Of a stretch of 64,000 nt of DNA, positions 39,278 through 51,200 are shown in pieces. The stretch comes from Lingula anatina (lineage: Eukaryota; Animalia; Brachiopoda): contig CM120647.1 in NCBI GenBank assembly GCA_051362555.1, positions 2,480,001 through 2,544,000 on the forward strand. The letters run 5' to 3'. The position numbers and the translations under genes are program-made. Under the pieces are notes generated by a model. It was not told where the DNA came from and searched no databases. It saw nothing but the letters and a program-made list of their open reading frames with translations. The stretch's first letter is position 1; each line of letters starts with the position of its first letter.

Positions 39278-42200
39278 CTACCCACCCTCTTGCCAACTAC
39301 TAACGACAGTGGACACACTACTCACCCTTCCACCGCTCATCAGGCTAATAGAGGTGTCGTCCATTTCCATATCGATTTTCATCTTCATCTCGTAATTTTT
39401 GCCATAAACGAATCGTCTTATAAAAGGCAAAATGAGCACTGGGTCTACGTCTTGTGGATCAGTAAAGCCTAGGCAGAAGAGAAAGGAATCAGCGTCACTG
39501 TTTTTGGTATGCGTATGGATTGGTATATAACGCATTCATAACAAATGAGCCGCTGACCAAATATGGCCGACCCTACTCAAAAACAGCACTGTTTAATCCT
39601 CTGGTGGTTTCCTCGCCTCCATACGCGCCATTGAACGGATTTAATCTCGACTCCGAAGTTTAATTGCAAGGCTCCTGCAAAGACAGTGCGTGTGGAGGCG
39701 GAGACATCATCGGGGAGTAGTGGGAGCTGCTTTTCAGTGGGTCAGCCATATTTACTCAGCAGATCTGTTAGGCCGTGGATCAACTTGTTCTGGATGGCCT
39801 CTATGTGTTTGTAACATAGACAAACCATTTAAGAAAAAGGGCGTGTCTAGCTGCAGCCTTTGATGTTATTTTGCAAATTGCTCCCGTATTTTGGACGAAA
39901 TGCGCCTGATGTAGCTGTAAGAGGCAGAAATACACCACAGGCAGGACGTTTGGTAAAAAGAACTGAATACTGGCAAAAACTTGTGAAATCACCAGGCAAT
40001 AGATGTATCAAATCATGCTACATAGTTCAGTTTAATACGGCAGAGGATGACAAGGAGTTTGGGGAATTTCATGTCAAAATATTATTATACGGATATTGTT
40101 TTGGGACAGCCTGGTGCAAACAAGGGGCGGGAGGTGAAGGTTATTCTGTACAGGGATTTTATCACAAGAACATAGATTTTAAATTACCGTTGGGATACAT
40201 AGAAATGTCTCACAATAGCAAACTGGATATATATATATATATATAAGGTACTTATGCAAGATATATCTTCGTTGGATTCTATATTAGATTATTTGAAAAA
40301 GGTAGCACGCTTTAGGCGTTAAAATCATCAGTTTGAAATCAAAGCAGAGGGCCATAGTGGTAAGTCTGGGATGAGAGGATCTGTCCATAACACAGCAGAC
40401 AGATTGTAGGCACCAGATGATATATCTGCAACATGAAACTGAATTCTTACGAAATACTTATTATCCTGATAAAGGCCAAAAATATCAAAGCATTGAGAAA
40501 AAAGCATTTTTGAATTAATTTAAAAATAAGAAGAAAGTCACTATTGGAAATAATGCAGAAAAGATAATCAACGCAACTTATTCATACAGTGTAGATGATA
40601 ATGAACTGATTGTTGTAAGAGGACCAAAGACCTCACATACAAAGAAATATAGTTAATAGTCGCTTAGTGACTTTCAGGTATTCAATAATATAATAAATAA
40701 AAATAATTATTAAATTAATAATAATAATAAATTGATATCATTTTTCTGATATTGAATTTTTCTTTGAACTATTTTCCTAAGTTTATCAATGTCACTTTTC
40801 TGTTATCGATTCTACTTCTCTGAGATCTGCAGAACAACATATTGCCCTCAACGACATTAAAAAATATGTAGTAGCATTATTACTAAACATCAAATGAAAG
40901 GTTCTGTGTTAATGAAAAACATACATAAACATAATGTATTGATGTAACTACTTAAGTATGCATTTAATTACAGCTCTGGTATTTCACCTGTTGCTGCACT
41001 GACCGCCATGCCGACCACCAGCACCGTTAGAACACCGAACAAGGCGTAGTGGATGTAAGAGACGGCGTACAGGTTGTCCAACCCCATGCTGAAATAACAA
41101 TGTGTAGTGGATGTAAGAGACGGCGTACAGGCTGTCCAACCTCATGCTGAAATAATAAGGAGTAGTGGATGTAAGAGACGGCGTACAGGTTGTTCAGCCC
41201 CATGCTGAAATAACAAGGAGTAGTGGATGTAAGAGATGACATACAGGTTGTCCAGCCCCATGCTGAAAAAACAAGGAGTAGTGGATGTAAGAGATGGCGT
41301 ACAGGTTGTCCATACCCATGCTGAAATAACAAGGAGTAGTGGATGTAGAAGATGTCCATACCCATGCTGAAATTACAAGAAGTAGTGGATGTAGGAGATG
41401 GCGTACAGGTTGTCCAACCCCATGCTGAAATAACAAGGAGTAGTGGATTTAAGAGACTGCGTACAGGTTGTCCATACCCATGCTGAAATAACAATGAGTA
41501 GTGGATCTAAAAGATGGCGTGCAGGTTGTCCATACCCATGCTGAAATAACAAGGAGTAGTGGATGTAAGAGATGGCGTACAGGTTGTCCATACCCATGCT
41601 GAAATAACAAGGAGTAGTGGATGTAAGAGACGGCGTACAGGTTGTCCAGCCCCATGCTGAAATAACAAGGCGTAGTGGATGTAAGAGACGGCGTACATGT
41701 TGTCCATACCCATGCTGAAATAACAATGAGTAGTGGATCTAAAAGATGGCGTGCAGGTTGTCCATACCTATGCTGAAATAACAAGGAGTAGTGGATGTAA
41801 GAGACGGCGTACAGGTTGTCCAACCCCATGCTGAAATAACAAGGAGTAGTGGATGTAAGAGACGGCGTACAGGTTGTCTAACCCCATGCTGAAATAACAA
41901 GGAGTAGTGGATTTAAGAGACTGCGTACAGGTTGTCCATACCTATGCTGAAATAACAAGGAGTAGTGGATGTAAGAGACGGCGTACAGGTTGTCCAGCCC
42001 CATGCTGAAATAACAAGGCGTAGTGGATGTAAGAGACGGCGTACATGTTGTCCATACCCATGCTGAAATAACAATGAGTAGTGGATCTAAAAGATGGCGT
42101 GCAGGTTGTCCATACCTATGCTGAAATAACAAGGAGTAGTGGATGTAAGAGACGGCGTACAGGTTGTCCAACCCCATGCTGAAATAACAAGGAGTAGTGG

Positions 42201-45200
42201 ATTTAAGAGACTGCGTACAGGTTGTCCATACCCGTGCTGAAATAACAATGAGTAGTGGATCTAAAAGATGGCGTGCAGGTTGTCCATACCCATGCTGAAA
42301 TAACAAGGAGTAGTGGATGTAAGAGATGGCGTACAGGTTGTCCATACCCATGCTGAAATAACAAGGAGTAGTGGATGTAGAAGATGCCCATACCCATGCT
42401 GAAATTACAAGGAGTAGTGGATGTAGGAGATGGCGTACAGGTTGTCCAACCCCATGCTGAAATTACAAGGAGTGGATGAAGAGATGACGTACAGGTTGTC
42501 CAGCCCCATGCTGAAATAACAAAGAGTAGTGGATGTAAGAGACGGCGTAGAGGTTGTCCAACCCCATGCTGAAATAACAAGGAGTAGTGGATGTAAGAGA
42601 CGGCGTACAGGTTGTCCAACCCCATGCTGAAATAACAAGGAGTAGTGGATTTAAGAGACTGCGTACAGGTTGTCCATACCCATGCTGAAATAACAATGAG
42701 TAGTGGATCTAAAAGATGGCGTGCAGGTTGTCCATACCTATGCTGAAATAACAAGGAGTAGTGGATGTAAGAGACGGCGTACAGGTTGTCCAGCCCCATG
42801 CTGAAATAACAAGGCGTAGTGGATGTAAGAGACGGCGTACATGTTATCCATACCCATGCTGAAATAACAATGAGTAGTGGATCTAAAAGATGGCGTGCAG
42901 GTTGTCCATACCTATGCTGAAATAACAATGAGTAGTGGATCTAAAAGATGGCGTGCAGGTTGTCCATACCCATGCTGAAATAACAAGGAGTAGTGGATGT
43001 AAGAGATGGCGTACAGGTTGTCCATACCCATGCTGAAATAACAAGGAGGAGTGGATGTAGAAGATGCCCATACCCATGCTGAAATTACAAGGAGTAGTGG
43101 ATGTAGGAGATGGCGTACAGGTTGTCCAACCCCATGCTGAAATTACAAGGAGTGGATGAAGAGATGACGTACAGGTTGTCCAGCCCCATGCTGAAATAAC
43201 AAAGAGTAGTGGATGTAAGAGACGGCGTAGAGGTTGTCCAACCCCATGCTGAAATAACAAGGAGTAGTGGATGTAAGAGACGGCGTACAGGTTGTCCAAC
43301 TCCATGCTGAAATAACAAGGAGTAGTGGATTTAAGAGACTGCGTACAGGTTGTCCATACCCATGCTGAAATAACAATGAGTAGTGGATCTAAAAGATGGC
43401 GTGCAGGTTGTCCATACCTATGCTGAAATAACAAGGAGTAGTGGATGTAAGAGACGGCGTACAGGTTGTCCAGCCCCATGCTGAAATAACAAGGCGTAGT
43501 GGATGTAAGAGACGGCGTACATGTTGTCCATACCCATGCTGAAATAACAAGGAGCAGTGGATGTAAGAGACGGTGTACAGGTTGTCCATACCCATGCTGA
43601 AATAACAAGGAGTAGTGGATGTAAGAGACGGTGTACAGGTTGTCCATACCCATGCTGAAATAACAAGGAGTAGTGGATGAAGAGATGGCGTGCAGGTTGT
43701 CCAGCCCCATGCTGAAATAACAAAAAGTGGACGTAGGAGACGGCGTATAGAAAAGTATACAACATTCAACTTACTAAAAGGGTCCGCTTTTTGATACAAG
43801 GCTGGCCACTGTAGAATTCGTCGCTGTATCCAGAGTGACCGAAGACATGGTATCTTCTAGGTAATACACAGTGGAGTTCACGGTCTCTGACATATAACTC
43901 AGCAGTGAAGTGTTATATAGCGTGGACCCCAGACGACTTGCATTACCAGGGAAGCAGCCTCCAGAGGGGACTGCTGGGACAGGCGGACTGTAGGAGTGGA
44001 CCTTGTGGACCATAGAGCCACATATTGTCCAGGCACACATTACTATTCCACACAGACCACCAGTAAATGCACCCTATAAGAAACAACAAAAATACAAAAA
44101 TGTTGAGCATGAAAATGACGCAGGGGTGATTATACACGGGTACATTGCCATATAGGAGTACTCAAAGGTACTCTACACGGGATATATCCGTCTAAATCAA
44201 ATTTTGTCGATAAAAAAGGAAAAATATTTCCTACTCACAAATAATTGCTGGTCCTGTCTCTGCACTTGTTTTATTCCATTACTAACTCAATTATCAAGTT
44301 CCAAATAACTGGTCTCTCATTAAGAAACAACATGTCTTCCTGTACTCTTCATTATGATAGTAATGTAGAATTCTCTTTCACAATTTTAATCTACGTTTGT
44401 GTTGGATTTGGTTTTGTTTTCCTCTTGTTAAGATTTACAATGTTTTAAGTTATAACCACTTTACTATCTGTTCTGTTGCTTTGGATGTAAACGTAGGCCT
44501 ACTTACAATCCAATTTGCCCACGGAAACAGCGCTCCAAGCAGGAAAATTCCAGAGAGTGGCCCATTCACTGAACCAAAGAGCGAAAGGGAAATCTAACAA
44601 AGAAATAGTAATCCTTTTTAAAATTGTTAAAGATATTGAAAAATCAAATTGAAAAAACATCTTACTCTCTTTTCAATATAATCATTTTTTCTGCCAAATA
44701 CCGGACTTATCCTTGATATTGAGAAACCGCCAAAGGTTTTCTTTAAATCCTTGATAGCTCTTCATTTGCTGCTGCCAAATTAAGCGGAGAAATAACACTG
44801 CGGTTGGTACCTCTCTCTACAGGGCGGCGTTGGTTTCGCCAAGGTCGTGTACATCCACGACAGAAAGAAAGCATAAATGGTTGGGCTGGGCAAACTTTGT
44901 CTCACCGTTGGCTAATGTATCATATATTGGAGTTTGAAGTGAAGATAGTTTCTTGAACAGGTGTATCAAAAATTGAAATCAAAATATGGGTGTAAAAAAA
45001 GTGATGTGCTGAACTCCGTGGGTTTGGCACCACGTTCGGGGGTAATAGTCCACGACGCTCCGGACACCGCCCCCACCCTGGAGGTATCTTAGCTCACCTG
45101 CATGATCGGGCCTCCCATTTTGGCTGCAAGAAAGGCAATTGCAGTCCCAACGCAGCCAGCCACCACAACTGAGAAAAGAAAGTCGATTCATTTTCAAAAG

Positions 45201-48200
45201 TACAGCTCTAAAATGAGGAAACGCCTAAAAGCTGTGTTCATATACCAAGGCATGTACATATAGTGTCCTTCCCTTGTTCTCATTGAATTTTATCTTCCAA
45301 GTGAAGGAAGACATTATTCAGCTCTTGAGGTCTTTAGAGAAAAATGGCTTCTTTGTCACGCAAAACGCACTTAGTTGGCTGCTTTGGTAAAATTTGTCAT
45401 GCTGAGTTTAATTACCAACATCTTAGATAATTTTACGAGACGGTGCTCTGAATACTTGTATCACCTTCAGGACTGCGAAAACTGACTCAACATCCTTTGT
45501 CCTCTTCCATAACTATATACTTATATATTGGTTTATGAATTTGGTACTGTGTTCCTGAGATAACCTTGAAGACAAGGGTATATTTGGACCAACTGAAAAT
45601 TGTCATTTATTAATGACGAAAACTAATAGGATACAAAGTTACAAAACTGGGGAGATAATCAAACATCTCCTAAACTATATAAGTACCATAATATAAAAAG
45701 AATAAAGTATGTTAATGAGTGTAACCAGGATTAATTAAGAAAAATATGAGAAATCACAACAGCTATAGGAGCAAAAAGTTGGCACAAATGAAAATAAAAG
45801 GAGATGAAGGGAAAAAAGGGGCCACAAATGGCAGTGATTATTTTTTAAGAAGTTTCACATTCTAAAGCCGGCCTAGGCTGAGAGAGAGCTACGCAACCCC
45901 TACCTTTTTAGGACGGGGACGTAGGTTTCCTCATTGCTCTGACAGCCCAATGATAGAGTTGTCTCTCTTGGCCTTAGTACTGCCATAGTACATTTACCTA
46001 ACTATACTTTTAAAGTAATAATCTCACATGTATGATATATATCAATAAACAAATGATAACCAGATAATCTTAAATGACTAATAAATGTGCCAAACGAGTT
46101 ATAGCTAACTATCATAAATACAACCATGTTACATTTAGCCAATGCTCAAATCTGCTTCATAAGTCATGAAAAGAGAAAAAAATTATTAGGGGGGGTTGAA
46201 TAACTTTACCAAAATTCACCTTAAAATTTTCATTCCTGAATAATGCACTACTTAATGTGGTGAATTTTACGAGACAAGTGAGGGAGAGCATTAACTGTCT
46301 CCTGAATAACTGAACTCATATGCCTCTGATTAGCAGGCCTTCGGGAGGCAAAGTGGAACTGTCCAATTAGGTGCCCTCCTTAATTCTGTCGCACAAGTGC
46401 CGCTTTAAAGTAATTAAGTCTAAGTGTGAAAAACACCACAAGGATGAAGGCAGGTGGTAGGGTAGGGCGGAGGGTGTACAAATAACAATAAAGAAATGTA
46501 AGTAATAATACAATGTAGCTGCTAAAACTGCGGGTAAATAATAGCTACAAAGCTGAATGACTTCTCACTGATGCAGCTCGATAGAATTAGTCCCCAAAAC
46601 ATCTTTCATAAAATATAAATGTGTGTGCCTAGAAATACAGCAGCTAAGACATTCCTTAACCCTGGACATCTGTTATCACCTTGCCTTGGTCAAGTACTTA
46701 AGGTCAAAATGTGCAGACACAAGACCTAAACTAAGACTAATTTCCTATAAACAAAACGTTGATGTATTACCAAAAAGTAAATACCACCACTAAAACAAAC
46801 CATTTGCTACATAAATACAATTAAATATCTTAATTGCAGTTTTTTCGAGCATCGTCGATCAAAATAATATCTGTAAATAGTGGCAATGGGTTTGTGTTGC
46901 CAAATACCATTCCACAGAGTTTTGACTATACGTGTTTAGCCCACCTTTCACTTGATTTAAACCAAATGCATGTGTTTTATTATCAGCACAGGTGCTTGGA
47001 TGTGTTTCTTTACCAGGATGGGTGCTTATTTTATTATCTAAAACAATGATGCACCACTATACTTAAATATATTTCTGGCCACGAAACGGGAACGAACCTG
47101 TCAATTTACTGATCAGCGCCCGAGTCTTTTCTGCTCGCTTTGCAAGAAAATTAATGTCTTTAAAAAAGTCCTCCCAAGCCAAAGCAGCAATGCCATTTAA
47201 AGAAGACGAGTTCGAACTGAAAAAATACAAAAAGAAAACACCTTTGGATATAGCAAAGCATTTAGACTGTTGATATCTAAACATGATAAGAAAAAACTTT
47301 TTAACTCATATTTGCAAAAGGCAGCAGTTATCAGTGGCGGATCCAGGATTGTTTGAAGGTGGGGTCCAGTTTTTTTAAAGAATGACAGGCATCGGATGCG
47401 AAGCCGACCCTTGCCCCCTTGGTGTGGAGTTCGGTGTTTTGGAGGGCAAAGGGTACCATCTGGTGCAGTTTAGAACTATGCTTCGGCTCTTCAAGTTTAA
47501 TATCAAGAGGTGAATATTGGTCCCATATTTTTTCCTAAATCCGCCACTGGTTATATTGAAAAAAAAACGAAAATAGTAAAACTCTCTCAAACACAAATCA
47601 TACGCACGCACGTCCACACGTACCTGAGGGAGCCTGACAGCAGAGAGGACACGAAGAGGCCTGGTATGCCGGGGAGGTCGGCCATCACCTCCATCACGAA
47701 ATGGGGAAGGAGCTGAAAGTAAAATAACACCAACCACGTGAGATATTTACTTTCTGTAACATTGTCGTTTCTTTACACAGACATATCACATTAGAGGTGG
47801 TAGATGCACAGTCACAATCAAGAGCGTTTTATTTATTTACTTTTATCTCCGGTTTTTTTTTTAAATGGGACACAAATTCGTTGTAAAATGATTCTACTTG
47901 TGAACATGATATACGTTTGACAAAACACATTTTCTGTAAATTGTGTTTGCTTTTTTTCACAAAGAAATCAAACGAGTTATCTTGTCCAATGTCAATTCTG
48001 CCTTCTCAGCTGAAGACAAATACGTTTCTTAACGTTTCGTTTCAGGTCAGAATTCTGAAAACTGATTTTATTTCTGTCAAATAGAATAGAATTAAAATGG
48101 TGTATGTTAGTCCCAGCAAGGACCCAGTGCATTCGGTCAGGTCCTACATCACAGGCCCCTACTAATTACAACACATTAAAACGCTTTTACACATGTACTA

Positions 48201-51200
48201 TGTATATCGCGTCCTTTCCCTTGATATTCTCACCTGGTTAGCACTAGTTATGATCTTCTCTTTCACTGGATTGCAGCGCAGTTGCACGTAGTAGGTGTAG
48301 ACAGTGAAGGAAATCAATAACAGCGGGATGGTTAGAAGCAAGTAGAATGGAGTTTTAGCCAACAAGGCACTGAAGAAATTAAACGAGCAAATACAGTCGT
48401 TAAGTCATATACTGCCATGTGTCGTGGTAATAAGAGTCTGCGCTATGGCTTAAGTTTGATGTTTATTCTTCCATTTACTACTGTTCAACGGTGTGGAACA
48501 TAGTGCACTTAAGATATACCAAACATAAAGTAAACAAAGAATTCACTTACATTCTAGCTTGCCGGTCAGATTTGACAGACGATATTCTCTGGACATTGGC
48601 CTGAGAGAAACAGTTGTGGATGACGCCCAAGCACGTGCCACCGACAACGATACCCCAGAAAGTATGGCGTGTGGTTGGAGAGGGATCAAAACTGAAAAGA
48701 ACACACAACATGACCTATAGAGCTGAACACGTACAAGGAAACGGTTAACTCTAAGAACAATTAAATAAAAGTCTAGGTTAAATAGCTTCGGATGCGGCAT
48801 AAGTAAAACATCTGAAATGTGTCAGTGTGGTGGAGGTTTGTGTCGCAAGTCAACTTCCATGTGACAGTTCCGTTGTCTAGACTGACCTTCAGGTGCCTCA
48901 GTGTGCCGATATGATTACCAGCCTAGGTCCACTGTAGCGTCACAAGTGCTGACATATGACGGGACTGGTAAGTGGACGGAATAAATAGCCTATTGCCAGC
49001 CATGAGTTAAAACTTACTCAAAGAAGTTTGCCCTCTGTCCTGCCACGCTGGTTTCCCACATTATGGTCGGCCCGCCTATCGTCACCCAACCCTACAGGAA
49101 CACAGGACAGTGAGGTGGTGGAAATTTTACAACTGACAAGAATTACATCACCAAATTCTCGCCCCACTCTTCCAAAGCCATTGGAGGTAAACACGCTGTC
49201 ACATCTAGCGTTAGCACGAACGTATGAGAAAACTTGTCCCTACGCAGACAAACGCAAGGGGTTCGTTAGACTTACGTCGTTTGCGTATCAAATACACAGA
49301 CAAACGTTGGTGTAGGATCGCATTCCCGGAGAAGGATAGAATGTTTTGAGCATGGTTAAAAACAGTTTCATACGCTGCTGATGTATTTATTTTTCTATAC
49401 GCTCAGCAGGAAACAAGGTGATTTCATAACCTCAATTCTGCGTATGACCGATGTCATATTTCTCACGGATACCTCTCTACGTACGCTAGATGCAGCAGAG
49501 CCTTAACATGCTGAGTTAATTTGCTTTAAAACAGAAAAGCGTCCAGTGAATAAGTTTAAACACTGATAAATAAAATAGCAATTTTATATGGAAAATGTAC
49601 TTCCTCGTGAAGGGAAACCGCGTTGAACAAGAGGAGCATTGATGAAACTTACTGTTAAAGACATGGACAAAAGTACTTTAGTTCAAGAAGTGAAGGAAAT
49701 TTTACTTTGTGTCCAAACCTTTATAAGCACGACCAGGATTCCTGCAATCATGATAAAGAACTGAAGAGCGTCCGTCCACAGCACTGCCTTCATTCCGCCC
49801 TGGAAGTAAACCGCCATTTAGAGAAAATGAGTTTCCGCCTATTCATGCTCTTTATGTGCCCTAAAAAGCCTCGTTATAAACGATAAACTAAGGTTAAATA
49901 ACATCGTCTGTGTTCACTGATTCTGCTACTAAAAACACCTTTAAATGAGTGCATACTAAAGTTTATACGCTTTATTTACTACGATTTAATTTCGACTGAC
50001 TATTTTCATGCCAAAATATATACATGTACAGTCCGGTCTCAGTTTTACCTAACGTCTCGGCGATACATACTATAGAAATAATCCCTAAAAGTATGATATA
50101 AATAAAAAGTTACAGAAGTTTACACGACCATGGTGACTACATGTACCATCAAATAACAGTGCTGATATTTACCAGAGAGGTGTATAAAGTAGAGACGGCC
50201 ATGATGACTACGATGCTAGCCCACAACGGGACACCAGTCACTGAAAGAAAAATGTGGCTATTTCAAAATTTTACTTTAGTTTTTATGAAACTGAATAAAC
50301 ATTTATTTGATGTTTTGATTTGACTATGTGGCGCAACGAACAGCTAATTAGAACGAGGTTAAAATGCGGACCTCATAGAAATGTAGGGGAAATAGGGCGG
50401 TTTGAGATGAATGTTGCTTTTGGATATTTTATTGTATGGATTTTAAAATTTTTTGGCCTTGTAAACAATCTTACAATCTGTGCAAAAATATGCATGAAAA
50501 ACATTCATTGTTTGAAATTAACCTTTCCAATGGATAGTTAATCATTATCGGAATTCTTAAGTTAAACTGATTTTTCACTTAGGCATGAAAATATTGAAAA
50601 AACCTAGCTTAAATACCAAAAATTATAATACACCACCCTTGATTCATGCGAAAGTCTACTATATACATGATTTGAAAACCCTGTTCTCATTAACCAGTCT
50701 CTCAGAATACCACAACAGTGTCCCAGTCTCCTCGGAAGAAATTGGTTTTTAAAATGTAATACCAGACACTAAAAAACGTGACGGTAACATTATGACGCTC
50801 ATATAAAACTAGCCCGCTGATATTGACCAGGGCTCCGTATCTCGAAAGGTTCGCTATGTTGCGCACGTGCGTTAGTGTCTCGATTCCATGGCCCCGTATC
50901 TCGAAATAGAATCGGTTATGGAATCGAGACACTAACGCTCGTGCGCAACATAGCGAACCTTTCGGGATACGGAGCCCTGGTGCCAATCTCTGAGCTTAAT
51001 GTCCTTACCTGCCTCTATTGCCAATGCAGGGGCATATGTAGCAGTGCCCAGATAGAAGACCTGGAAAAGAGGAGAGATTCCGAGATTTTAATTGGGAGAT
51101 CTAAGCTGTCCAAAAAGGTGCTCAAATTATTCTCAATCCAACATCGCGCTTCCCCTTGCACTCCGTGAATTTTTTACTTTAAAAAGGGTGCAATTACATT

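Noticed and set aside
41027-43799. Many long ORFs (up to 275 aa) as stand-alone repeat proteins
   Set aside because: They arise because the 58-bp unit is usually stop-free in all three minus-strand frames. They are considered only as possible mis-splicing products.
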